From IMG/VR virus record IMGVR_UViG_3300013307_000015: DNA of 64,000 bases. One strand, given 5' to 3'. Shown here one piece after another: positions 39,201 through 47,632 of the stretch (its first letter is position 1; each line of letters starts with the position of its first letter). Position numbers and translations under genes: made by a program. Under the pieces are notes generated by a model. The model was not told the DNA's origin. It did not search any database and saw only the letters and a program-made list of their open reading frames with translations. Origin of the DNA: a virus. Taxonomy: Duplodnaviria; Heunggongvirae; Uroviricota; Caudoviricetes.

Positions 39201-40728
39201 GAGCAAGCAACCGCTCGATCTGAATCCTTTCGATGTCTGGAAGGCGATTTCCGAAGACCCGTCCAAACAACAGGTCAAGGACATCAATCCGATCGAGAAC
39301 CTCAAGCAGCAAGAGGCAGTCACTTACTCGGGTACGGGCGGACGTAACTCCCGTTCGATGACGAAGGACACGCGTGCCTATGACGAGAACGACATGGGTG
39401 TGGTCTCGGAGTCGACGGTGGACTCGTCCGATGTGGCGGTGAACACTTACACGAGTGCGAACCCGCAATTCGTTTCCCTTCGAGGAGTGACCAAGCGCTA
39501 TGAAATCGGAAAAACTGGCGCAACGTCTTTGCTCTCCACCTCGGCCCTCCTGTCCGTCGCAGCCGACAAAGACGATCCCAAGCGAGTCAACTTCATCGCC
39601 ATCCAACACGGACACGGCGTCGCCTGTGCAGGCTACCACGCCAACGCCGTTCGCACGGGCTATGAACAAGTCATTGCGCATCGCACAAGTGACCTCTTTG
39701 CGACTACGGCGAAAAAGCCTGGGAAGGTAATCTCGCTAAATGAAACAGGTCTCGTTGTGGAATACGAGGACGGTACCAAACAAGGTATTGAACTCGGACG
39801 GCGTTTCGGTTCTGCCGAAGGGGCGACGATTCCGCACGAAGTGCGCGCTGCGGTGAAGCTCGATCAGAAGTTCAAGGTCGGCGACATCCTCGCGTACAAC
39901 GAAGGCTTCTTTGAACCGGATGTACTGGATTCAACCCAGATGGTCTGGAAGCCCGGTGTCGCGACGCGCGTGGCACTGATGGAGTCACCGCTCACGCTTG
40001 AAGACTCTTCTGCGATCAGTCGTAAGACCGCAGAATTGCTGCGCACCAAAACGACGAAGATCCGTGAGATCATCGTTGACTTCAAGCAAGAGATTCGTCA
40101 ACTGGTCAAGTCCGGTCAAGCGGTATCCTCCGAGGATATTTTATGCGTGATCGAAGACGAAACCACGGCACGTAACGAACTCTTTGACAAAGAGTCGATT
40201 GACACGCTTCGCGTGCTGTCGGCTCAGACCCCTCAGGCGAAAGCCACTGGCATCGTGGAACGAATCGAAGTGTTCTACCACGGTGAGAAAGAGGACATGT
40301 CGGAATCGCTTCGTGCATTGGCGAATGCTTCGGATCGGGAATTTGCCGCCCGTCATCGTTCTGTAGGTCGTACTGTCCTCAGCGGACAGGTCGACGACAG
40401 CTACCGTAGTGAAGGCGATAGTCTGATGCTTGACACTCTTGCAATCAAGGTCTACATCACCTCGGACGTGTCCGCTGGTGTGGGTGACAAGGGGGTGTTT
40501 GGTAATCAGATGAAGACCGTGTTCGGCAATGTGATCGAACAGGATGTAACCACGGAGTCGGGTCTGGAGATCGGCGCTATCTTTGGCGCTAAGAGTATTC
40601 AGGCTCGTATCGTGCACTCGCCCGATCAAATCGGAACGACGACGACGCTGCTGCATGTACTCGGGCAGCGGGTGGTGCGTGCCTACAAGGGACAGCCGCA
40701 ACCGAAACCGCTTAAAGCGAAAGAGTGA
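36253..40728 (+). CDS. rpoB: Virion RNA polymerase beta subunit (phiKZ gp178-like)
   Basis: 1491 aa; 'DDPKRVNF', 'VRTGYE', 'LEDSSAIS', 'GVGDKGVFGNQMKT'; ATGA overlap with the beta' gene. Confidence 0.92.
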   Translation: MIFYDLFFRKYGIRRIDKLLSPVMPSTRLLELPLSSIYHYLGSNSGVDVAPAANEYLFRNVTRQIAMEHVLEPGAKLGMPQRLGSVNVPQMVKTYHTRHRRYQLVHSIANYENAPQTLVVENYGFISLRLKYQRQILTSYYQWYNQNAALWDRMAMLAATSARQQFVKFALPTTLPSMTDLRTYQAKMNATAIHHIYEPESFLILEFWKWLGDLRHESLLSRIPKDKLSKINIIFEESGRWVLLNLGLIDSWRNTPKEEIPSLPEGVLPNKAGVEGPQLQRRFLSMMMTLFQARSVDGKVMVAGGVDAKKSEGGEEATLTKPEATLPEVNPVTGSVTTKTDDAQIEANPEDILNADTHDEKPVAVELTPDQERHLEADLLELDRISKAVAQRRKEMMEFMVEQDEAPQAELRGLHAGSIPTPLRKTLTPPKKQPELKPIDPQPEVQHAAVDHTRGVQKVIDRLAEQGMLSAAEVNRYQQLAKRHEVIDAPDGKGSLKDFVVVKPEDTQVQAHAIPDKPTILDKTMLHSTLHSFDAKYVGDVMQKDVAAMVLKIQDAGYCVTDYEVEHVEQITGNFDMYTCRVTPIEGSPSTLRWKLPSIRPDGVFVANNVPYRLRKQRGDLPIRKVSPSRVKLTSYYGKVFVSRSEKKVDDYGDWLRRNIMAAGLDSDNHHVTDLQPANVFDNAFICPREYSICAMGFRSFTVTPGAWPERVKFSALHLNFDHTRREALFGKDMLAKYEKAGAIMIGLTNKKDPIIMTKDGGISVVAEGLMIQLPEIAELCGFPLAKAPSDYIEVKVFSQSIPLGVILAYEMGLGALIQMLGVEPRRVPAGKRVNLEPSEYALQFADETLVFRRKDKLAGLVLSGFNAFWKALKQYSVYEFDRRGVYLNVLESAGIGSKYLREIDLLYQLWVDPITRELLQEFHEPTEFQAILMRAAELLLSDQHPRELDTSYQRFKGYERMAGAVYAELIASIRAHNSKPGKSKQPLDLNPFDVWKAISEDPSKQQVKDINPIENLKQQEAVTYSGTGGRNSRSMTKDTRAYDENDMGVVSESTVDSSDVAVNTYTSANPQFVSLRGVTKRYEIGKTGATSLLSTSALLSVAADKDDPKRVNFIAIQHGHGVACAGYHANAVRTGYEQVIAHRTSDLFATTAKKPGKVISLNETGLVVEYEDGTKQGIELGRRFGSAEGATIPHEVRAAVKLDQKFKVGDILAYNEGFFEPDVLDSTQMVWKPGVATRVALMESPLTLEDSSAISRKTAELLRTKTTKIREIIVDFKQEIRQLVKSGQAVSSEDILCVIEDETTARNELFDKESIDTLRVLSAQTPQAKATGIVERIEVFYHGEKEDMSESLRALANASDREFAARHRSVGRTVLSGQVDDSYRSEGDSLMLDTLAIKVYITSDVSAGVGDKGVFGNQMKTVFGNVIEQDVTTESGLEIGAIFGAKSIQARIVHSPDQIGTTTTLLHVLGQRVVRAYKGQPQPKPLKAKE

Positions 40729-40731
40729 CCA

Positions 40732-40783
40732 TTAGGGGTGCCGGGGAATCCTGTAAGGGGGTTCCTCGCATCCCTTATTTTTT
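40732..40783 (+). terminator. Intrinsic terminator
   Basis: AGGGGTGC..GGGGAATCC / GGGTTCCTC..GCATCCCT stem plus T-tract. Confidence 0.7.
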
Positions 40784-40808
40784 ATCATCATGCACAACGG
40801 GATCTTCC

Positions 40809-41003
40809 ATGAAAAACCGTGAAACCGAACGGACCGTGGTGACCTTGGGTAACGGGGTCGACCTCGTCGCTCAGATTGCCAAGAAGGTTGTCGGCGAAGA
40901 AGTGGCGGACATGTACGACGGCGCACCGCTCTCCAACGAGGTCATGCATCGTCTGGCGACCGTCAAATTCAAGAGCCATCTGGCCGACCACGTGGAGAAC
41001 TAA
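40809..41003 (+). CDS. Small hypothetical protein
   Basis: MKNRETERTV..., 64 aa, ending 3 nt before the next gene. Confidence 0.65.
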   Translation: MKNRETERTVVTLGNGVDLVAQIAKKVVGEEVADMYDGAPLSNEVMHRLATVKFKSHLADHVEN

Positions 41004-41006
41004 GAT

Positions 41007-42458
41007 ATGCTCAGCGTAAATTGCCTCGAAGCAGTCCTGCCGCTCGCTGAGCTGATGGACCGCAACAATCTGATGGTGACGCCCGTCGAGGGCACGCCGT
41101 TGGATGCGCTGGTGAAAGCCACGCGCACCACGCCGCAATTCGCTCAGCCGCTCGACGGCAAGCAAGGCGAATACGTCGTGATGACGCACGACATCGCCTA
41201 CATGGCGAACAAGGTCAACGATGCGACGGGCGTGTGCGAGCACAACGTCGCGCAAGACGCACTCGTCGAGATGGCAGCGACGGCGGTGAAGAATCACCTC
41301 GTGGTGCTGCGCACGGCGATCAAGCCCGCTATCGTGGAGCTGCATGACGCTGTGGCCAAAACCATGAGCGACACGCCCACTTCCAAGCTGATCGGCATGG
41401 AAGTGAAAGTCTTCGATCTGCCGGCTCCGATGAAAGTGGCTGCAATCGAGGGTCTCATCTCGAAGTGGGAAGGCGTACCTTACGCTTCGCCTGCTCTGCG
41501 GATGAAGTGCCCGGACGTGACCATGGACCAGATCCGTGACCTGATGAAAACGGGTGCGGGTGGTTTCGATGGCGAGATCGACAAGTGGATCGCCGTGAAG
41601 GGCGACAGCTGGTTCCTCCAGCTCTGGGAAGACGTGTTCCAGACCAAGAACGATCGCTTCGAGAAGTTCAACCAAGCGGTGGAATGCCGCGAAGAAGGAC
41701 TGGATCGCTCGCTCGCCGTTTTCCTGATCGCACGCAAGCTCGCTGAAGATCCGATCGAAGGCATCAACATGAGCCTGCCGGCGCTGAAGGCACTCGCTGG
41801 TGAATTCCGTGATCAAGCGGCTTCGCGTATTCAGCGCGGTCTGGACGAGTGGGCCAAGGTGCTGCAACGCAAGCAGCTGGTGCGTTCGTCGGACGAGTAC
41901 TGCGTCGTGGTCAACGGCAACGTCTATCGTCCGTGGATCATGGACAAGGGTGGCGAGATCGACATCCTGCTGGGCAACCTCGTGACCAAGTCCGGCTACA
42001 CGACCGAAGAGCAGTTCGTGCAGAACGCCGAAACGCTGAAAGCGGCATGGACGCGCTTGCTCACGCGCACGAGTGCTGCTGACCGTACCGAGCGTTTCAC
42101 GCTGCTCAAGCAGATCCTGAACAGCGAGTTCCGCAAGTCGATCAACGACCTGAAGGGCGACGTCGACGGTCCGGACGCTTCGGCAGCTGAACGCGCGGAA
42201 GTGTTGAAGCGCTTCGCGCAACTGGTTGCAGCACTGCGTCCGTCGGATTGCACCGATCTGTACGTGCTGTGCACGAAGCTCGTGTGCCGTGCACGCTTTT
42301 ACAAGGTGCCGGAAGCAGAAGAGTTCTTCTTGCAGATGATGCAAATCGAGAAGGACGAACCCGGCATCAGTCCGCGCGATGCGTCGACGATTGCAACCAT
42401 CGACTACATCGCCTGCTGGGTTGCCGAGCAGTTCAAGGTGATTCGCGCACGCAATTAA
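41007..42458 (+). CDS. Conserved phiKZ-family protein (gp177-like)
   Basis: 483 aa, GGAGA RBS, strong codon bias; lies between the RNAP beta and protease genes. Confidence 0.7.
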   Translation: MLSVNCLEAVLPLAELMDRNNLMVTPVEGTPLDALVKATRTTPQFAQPLDGKQGEYVVMTHDIAYMANKVNDATGVCEHNVAQDALVEMAATAVKNHLVVLRTAIKPAIVELHDAVAKTMSDTPTSKLIGMEVKVFDLPAPMKVAAIEGLISKWEGVPYASPALRMKCPDVTMDQIRDLMKTGAGGFDGEIDKWIAVKGDSWFLQLWEDVFQTKNDRFEKFNQAVECREEGLDRSLAVFLIARKLAEDPIEGINMSLPALKALAGEFRDQAASRIQRGLDEWAKVLQRKQLVRSSDEYCVVVNGNVYRPWIMDKGGEIDILLGNLVTKSGYTTEEQFVQNAETLKAAWTRLLTRTSAADRTERFTLLKQILNSEFRKSINDLKGDVDGPDASAAERAEVLKRFAQLVAALRPSDCTDLYVLCTKLVCRARFYKVPEAEEFFLQMMQIEKDEPGISPRDASTIATIDYIACWVAEQFKVIRARN

Positions 42459-42470
42459 CCCGGAGGCGTT

Positions 42471-43196
42471 ATGGATCCGAAGAAGCTGGTTCATGACGCC
42501 TTCAAGGTCAAGTCGCATCTGAGAGAAACCTCTGATGAGAAGTTGGTGGCAGTCAAACCGGTGAAGATTTACATTCCGAGCCGGTTTGCTGAACGCAATC
42601 TGGCCAGTGTGGGTATCGAAACTCACATCTGCGGGATTGCCGGTTTGGTAGTGGAAGATCGCTACTACGCTCTGTTTCTGGTGAATGCCATGATGCGGAT
42701 CGAACCGACCAGCACGCTCAAGATCATGGTAGGCGATGAAGAGTATTACGAGTTCTCATTCGAGGCTGGTGCGACTGTTCTGCCTTCCGTGCAGCTTGTG
42801 AAAACCGATACCTTGGTATTCCGCATCTATGACGAGTTTATCGCCAAAGGTCGAGTGCCGTGGTACATGGGTTACGACGAGTTGGGCAAGCTCTTCGATA
42901 CGGCAAAAACCTTTGCGGGTGCCAACATCGGTCAGAACCATGAAGTGACGGAATTGCTCGTTTCGATGATTGCACGAGATCCGGAGGATCGGACCAAGTA
43001 CTATCGTCAGACGGTCAAGAGTTTGGGGGATTTGGTCTCGCGTCCTCCGACGATCATTCCGTTGCGCAGTGTGCAGTATTCGGCAACTAACACCGTGAAT
43101 AAGTTGGCGGGTTCCTATTGGAACGACGCGTTGACTTCTGCACTGGTGTCGCCGGGCGAGCGGACCGAGCGTATTGAAGCATTGCTCAGGACATAA
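42471..43196 (+). CDS. Conserved phiKZ-family protein (gp176-like)
   Basis: 241 aa, GGAGG RBS; immediately upstream of the protease. Confidence 0.7.
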   Translation: MDPKKLVHDAFKVKSHLRETSDEKLVAVKPVKIYIPSRFAERNLASVGIETHICGIAGLVVEDRYYALFLVNAMMRIEPTSTLKIMVGDEEYYEFSFEAGATVLPSVQLVKTDTLVFRIYDEFIAKGRVPWYMGYDELGKLFDTAKTFAGANIGQNHEVTELLVSMIARDPEDRTKYYRQTVKSLGDLVSRPPTIIPLRSVQYSATNTVNKLAGSYWNDALTSALVSPGERTERIEALLRT

Positions 43197-43206
43197 GGAC
43201 AAGATC

Positions 43207-43971
43207 ATGGCGTTGAATTCGGCACGCTATGCCTGCACGTCTCTCATGGGGACGAACAAGGCTGGGATGCTCAAATCTGACACCAACGGCTACCGGCCGA
43301 TGGTTGTGGGGGCACTCAACATGTTCAACTCGTCGGGTGAGTTTTACACCCACGAGCAGGCAAAGGCGCTATTCGACGGTTCGAGTCAGTTCCAACGTCG
43401 CGTTCAACGTGGAGTGTTGAAAGGCGAATACGGACACCCGAAATTCGAACCGGGCATGCGGGGCGATCAGTTCCTGCAACGCGTCCTGACCATCGATGAA
43501 GACAAGATCTGCTGCCACTTCCGGGAGATCTGGTTGGAGTCGAATGCGGTCAAGGACAAAGACGGCAAAGCAGTCGTGGCCATCATGGCATGGGTGAAAC
43601 CGTCGGGTCCGTACGGTGGCTATCTGCGGGAGTCGCTGGAGAACCCGGACGAGAACGTTTGCTTCTCGATTCGTGCCTTCACCGACGACCGTTATGTGGG
43701 TGGCGTGAAGCAACGCACCCTCAAACAGATCGTCACGTTCGACTACGTGCTCGAACCGGGCATGGCAGTGGCTGAGAAGTACAAGGCTCCTGCGCTCGAA
43801 TCGTTCAAGGAAGACGGCCTTGTCGTCGGCCGGGCTGATGTCGAGAACATCATCCAGTTGGGCGAGAAGTCGCCCGTTGCGATGGAGTCGTCGAACTTGG
43901 CGACGGACCTGCTCAAGGTCATGGGCTGGAATCTGCCCAAGGGCGTCACGCCTATCTTTACCCGCTGGTAA
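43207..43971 (+). CDS. Prohead (head maturation) protease (phiKZ gp175-like)
   Basis: 'GEYGHP' (His), 'FSIR' (Ser), 'TFDYVLEPG'; C-terminal ALE|S and AME|S candidate self-cleavage sites. Confidence 0.88.
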   Translation: MALNSARYACTSLMGTNKAGMLKSDTNGYRPMVVGALNMFNSSGEFYTHEQAKALFDGSSQFQRRVQRGVLKGEYGHPKFEPGMRGDQFLQRVLTIDEDKICCHFREIWLESNAVKDKDGKAVVAIMAWVKPSGPYGGYLRESLENPDENVCFSIRAFTDDRYVGGVKQRTLKQIVTFDYVLEPGMAVAEKYKAPALESFKEDGLVVGRADVENIIQLGEKSPVAMESSNLATDLLKVMGWNLPKGVTPIFTRW

Positions 43972-43978
43972 GGTGCAG

Positions 43979-44012
43979 GCTCCCCGTGGGAATTCCCACG
44001 GGGGCTTATGCC
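43979..44012 (+). terminator. Hairpin followed by TATGCC
   Basis: CCCCGTGGG-AATT-CCCACGGGG, then CTTATGCC; no U-tract. Confidence 0.75.
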
Positions 44013-44024
44013 CTCGATTCAAAG

Positions 44025-44052
44025 AAATCTCGATCACATATCACTCTCTTGA
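44025..44052 (+). promoter_or_regulatory. Putative phage early promoter (TCACATATCA-N6-TGA)
   Basis: Second copy of the motif, directly after a terminator and upstream of 44147. Confidence 0.55.
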
Positions 44053-44146
44053 ACAATCGCAGCATTGTAAATTTATCAAGCTGCTGGTTGCTATAGTCTA
44101 AGCTATTCCGGCTTGGATACCCTTCCCATAAACTCTGAGATAACTC

Positions 44147-44842
44147 ATGGAAGCTAAAGCGCAATCATTGCTGATTGTTGCAGGTATCGAGTACCATCTG
44201 GATCGGGTGCTTCAATTGGCAAAGACCATGCCTCCGATCGAGGCCAAGACGGCGGACTTCTTGCCGTTCGAAAACGCGAAGACGGTGGAAGTCAAACCGG
44301 CTGATCCGAAGTTGAACCACGGCGAGATCATCCTCTTCAAGCGAGAAGGAAAGTGGATCATCATTACGGGCCGCGAATCGGTCCGTAGAGCCGTTGAAAC
44401 GGGCGCAGCAGGGTTCGGTGCCAGACTGCTCTCAGCGCAGGCTCTGAAGCGCTGTAAAGTGGATTGCTTCGTTCATCCCGATGATGGCAAACCGTCGGTA
44501 GTGGCTCCGCCGCCGTACGAAGCTCCGCCTCGCGACGATTATCGTAATGCGCCACGCATCGTCGATAAGCGCAAACCGATGTCGCCGACGTACGACCGTC
44601 CTTACAGCACGCCGTCAGTGCTGACCAAGGACGTGGCGCAGCACACGAAGAGTCCGAGCCATGGATTCTCCGGACAGCACGCCAAACGAGCATCCGATCC
44701 CGTTCAAGAACGCGCCCGTCGGATCATCGACAATGGTGGTATTCCAGCCGGAAAGATGGATGTGGTCGGTGCGCAACAACCGCGCGAGCACATTACGCGC
44801 ACTCAGTTTGGTCCTCGTAAAACACGGTCAACTGACCGGTAA
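44147..44842 (+). CDS. Hypothetical protein (weak ParB/Srx-like N-terminus, disordered basic tail)
   Basis: 'IILFKREGKWIIITGRESVRRA' is reminiscent of the ParB box; Pro/Arg-rich C-terminal half. Confidence 0.65.
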   Translation: MEAKAQSLLIVAGIEYHLDRVLQLAKTMPPIEAKTADFLPFENAKTVEVKPADPKLNHGEIILFKREGKWIIITGRESVRRAVETGAAGFGARLLSAQALKRCKVDCFVHPDDGKPSVVAPPPYEAPPRDDYRNAPRIVDKRKPMSPTYDRPYSTPSVLTKDVAQHTKSPSHGFSGQHAKRASDPVQERARRIIDNGGIPAGKMDVVGAQQPREHITRTQFGPRKTRSTDR

Positions 44843-44925
44843 GTAATAACTTTTTGATGCAGTGCCCAAAGATTGTGACTGAGAACAGTCACATGTTCAA
44901 CCTAAAGAAAGGAAGGTAGTTAATC

Positions 44926-45396
44926 ATGTCCGAAATCAGCAAAGAAACCCTCGATCTGTCCGCAGAGATCGGCAAGGCGCTCACGCTCGACGGCGAAGTC
45001 TTCGTGCCGGCCGAAGGCACCTACGAGAAAGCCATCACGGCACTCGTGCCGGACGCGCCGATGGAACTGCACGAACGCATCCAAGCTGCGAACAAGACGA
45101 TCATGGCCGCCGGCATGCACGCAGTCGGCGTGAAGGGCATCGAGGCGATGGAGAAGGACCCGAGCCTGAACAAGGTCACGTGCGAACTGCCGACCATCGG
45201 CAAGGACACGTTCAACTTCTCGTTCGAGCGCAGCCGTCAGGTGCGCGCTTCGGCCCCCGGCGAGAAGGACACGACGATGAAGACCAAGTTCGGCATCGCC
45301 ACGCTCGGCGTCGACATCTACGGCGCGGGCTCGCGCGGCGAAGTGCAAGCGGTCAAGACCTTCCTGTCCGACAAGGCGGCCGACGCGCTCAAGTGA
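44926..45396 (+). CDS. Hypothetical protein, probably highly expressed
   Basis: AAGGAAGG RBS, extreme GC3 bias; upstream hairpin TGTGACTG-AGAA-CAGTCACA. Confidence 0.8.
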   Translation: MSEISKETLDLSAEIGKALTLDGEVFVPAEGTYEKAITALVPDAPMELHERIQAANKTIMAAGMHAVGVKGIEAMEKDPSLNKVTCELPTIGKDTFNFSFERSRQVRASAPGEKDTTMKTKFGIATLGVDIYGAGSRGEVQAVKTFLSDKAADALK

Positions 45397-45563
45397 GCTA
45401 CCCGTCGAGAACTGGAGGACTTACCAGTCACAGTGCCTCCGGGCTCCGTCACAGTTGAACGTGAGGAGCGAGCAATGAGGTTCTTCGCTGAACAGGCCGC
45501 CCGTGACTTGGCGGAAGAAGAAGGCGAAAACTGAGTTGTCACTGGTACACGTTTCGAAGGCGT

Positions 45564-45609
45564 GGGGGAGGGGCGAAAGCCTCTCCCTTATTTTTCCTTA
45601 CTTTTTTTT
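45564..45609 (+). terminator. Intrinsic terminator
   Basis: GGGAGGGGC-GAAA-GCCTCTCCC plus T-rich tail. Confidence 0.8.
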
Positions 45610-45621
45610 GTGGGTATCGAG

Positions 45622-45849
45622 ATGACCGGACCGAGTGATGTGGAGAAAGAACGGCTGAACCTTGACCTGCATCCGGCAGTCAAAGCCCAGCTTTTAGATT
45701 TGAAGGAGCGCACCAAAGCCGACAGCATGTCGGAAGTTGTTCGGCGAGCTATCGAGCTTTACGATCTCGTCATGAGTACGCAAGAAAAGGGTGGCAAACT
45801 GATCATCAAAGAAAATCCCGGTTTCCCTCGCGAAATCAGAATCCTCTAA
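45622..45849 (+). CDS. Ribbon-helix-helix (CopG/Arc-like) DNA-binding protein
   Basis: 'ERLNLDLHPAVKAQLLDLKERTKADSMSEVVRRAIELY': alternating beta strand, helix, turn, SxSEVVRxAI helix. Confidence 0.75.
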   Translation: MTGPSDVEKERLNLDLHPAVKAQLLDLKERTKADSMSEVVRRAIELYDLVMSTQEKGGKLIIKENPGFPREIRIL

Positions 45850-45859
45850 TTTTTTTGTC

Positions 45860-46228
45860 ATGATCCACATCTGGACGATGCAACTCTCCAAATGGAGACT
45901 GGCGAATCGTGAAGGAATTCACATCCTGAACATCACCGCCAAATCAGGTCTCCAGTGCTTCGCTCCAGATAAGGAAAATCTCTGGGCGTATAAAGCTGGA
46001 GAAATGACTGAGGATGAATACACCCGTCGCTACTTGGAGAAGATGCGCCGGTGTTACGTGCAGTATCGCAATGAATGGAATCGGCTAGAGGGGATTGAGA
46101 AAATGGCGATCACCTGTTACTGTCCGGAAGGAGCGTATTGCCATCGCCATCTTTTCAAGGACTGCCTCACCAAGTACTTTCAAGCCAAAGCCATTGAGTA
46201 CGAAGACCACGGAGAACTTACGACATGA
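45860..46228 (+). CDS. DUF488-like protein
   Basis: 'FAP...Y...EYTRRY' and 'ITCYCPEGAYCHRHLF' (C-Y-C...CHR motif). Confidence 0.7.
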   Translation: MIHIWTMQLSKWRLANREGIHILNITAKSGLQCFAPDKENLWAYKAGEMTEDEYTRRYLEKMRRCYVQYRNEWNRLEGIEKMAITCYCPEGAYCHRHLFKDCLTKYFQAKAIEYEDHGELTT

Positions 46229-46635
46229 ATATTCAAGAGGTAATGACGCGCGTCAATGCAGCACTGGGTCCGCGCAAGATTGAATGCATTGGAATCGGCA
46301 CAGCTGGATCCGGCCATGCCACCAAGCGCGTAGAAGCTAACACGGAAAGGACCATCTTCGGTGTGATCTGGGTCAGCGAAGAACAAGAAGAACTGGCGAA
46401 GAAGCACGACTTCGTGTGGTTCATCGACATCATGGTGGTTCACGAAGGGCGACTGGAAGATCGTCCGCCTGAAATACAGGCGCTGCCGGCGCAAATCAGC
46501 ATCTACACTCACGATCCGAGACTGATCTTCGACGAATTGCTGGGCGCGTTATCCTCGGACTGGAGTTACGATAAGCGATTTAAGACGCAACAGAAATGGT
46601 TTCATCCGGGCACCTATGAAAAGCCCAAGAAATAA
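46225..46635 (+). CDS. Hypothetical protein
   Basis: ATGA overlap with the upstream gene, GGAGA RBS. Confidence 0.7.
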   Translation: MNIQEVMTRVNAALGPRKIECIGIGTAGSGHATKRVEANTERTIFGVIWVSEEQEELAKKHDFVWFIDIMVVHEGRLEDRPPEIQALPAQISIYTHDPRLIFDELLGALSSDWSYDKRFKTQQKWFHPGTYEKPKK

Positions 46636-46639
46636 TTGA

Positions 46640-46681
46640 CGGCATATAGAGGGAGGGGCCGAAGCCCCTCCCGTCTATGCC
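46640..46681. terminator. Bidirectional hairpin flanked by CGGCATA/TATGCC
   Basis: GGGAGGGGC-CGAA-GCCCCTCCC between convergent genes. Confidence 0.85.
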
Positions 46682-46698
46682 CTCGAAACCACCACTGG

Positions 46699-47562
46699 TT
46701 ACTGCGGTACTGCGTTTGCGCCGAGATCGCGCACGCCTTGCGCGTAGCCACGCGAAGCTGCCAGCACGTCGTTGTCGATCGACTGAACGAACGCTTGCTG
46801 ACGCGCCGGGTTGGCACCGGTGAGGCTGATGCTGCTGAGGATCGACTGTGCGAACAGATCGACACCCAGACCGTACTGGAAGATCCCCGTGAAGTTGATG
46901 TCTTCCGTACGCGTTTCCTGCGCCACCGTGATGTCACGACGGCCAGTGATCGCACCCGTGCCCAGCGGGTAGATGTTCGTACCCAGCCAGGATTGCACGA
47001 CCTTCTGGCCGCTCGGATCCGGTTCGATGAACAGCATCGTCATCGCGTACATGTCCGCGAGCATGTCCGTCGGCGCAGCGCCGAGCGTGGCGATGTTGGC
47101 GAACTTGCTGTTCTCGTCCATGATCAGGTTGTTGATCCACGAACGGAAGAACGCAGCCACCGGCATGCCGTACTTCTCGTTGAAACGCATCACGAGGTTC
47201 GACACTTCCATCTTCACGTCGGTCGGGTCTTGCTGACGCTGACCAGCGCCGCCGACCGGCGTTTCCGCCACGTCCACCGTCAGACCCGCGTTCAGACCCG
47301 TGATCGAGATCGCGTGCAGTTCCACGAGGGCACGCAGCGTCCGGATGTACGAGTCGCCGTTGGGCAACAGCTTGAAGCCACGCGGGGCTTCGACGAGAAT
47401 CGGAATCAGGTTGTGTTGGACGTACTGCTGGTTGCTCACCCATTCGGCGAGCACCGGCGAATAACCCATCATCCCGCCGTATTGCAGGTCGAGCATCGGG
47501 TTCTGGTGACCGGACGCGTACGACGTGTCGGTCTGCAAGAGTGCATCGGTAATGCGGCCCAT
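46699..47562 (-). CDS. Tail tube protein (phiKZ gp30-like)
   Basis: 287 aa directly downstream of the sheath gene; strong codon bias; 'EKYGMP', 'LFIEPDP'. Confidence 0.8.
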   Translation of the reverse strand: MGRITDALLQTDTSYASGHQNPMLDLQYGGMMGYSPVLAEWVSNQQYVQHNLIPILVEAPRGFKLLPNGDSYIRTLRALVELHAISITGLNAGLTVDVAETPVGGAGQRQQDPTDVKMEVSNLVMRFNEKYGMPVAAFFRSWINNLIMDENSKFANIATLGAAPTDMLADMYAMTMLFIEPDPSGQKVVQSWLGTNIYPLGTGAITGRRDITVAQETRTEDINFTGIFQYGLGVDLFAQSILSSISLTGANPARQQAFVQSIDNDVLAASRGYAQGVRDLGANAVPQ

Positions 47563-47632
47563 TGCCTAGTCCTTTGATGAAGAATGAAGGAAGGGAAGCC
47601 GAAGCTTCCCCGCCAAGGTTGAGAACTGACGG

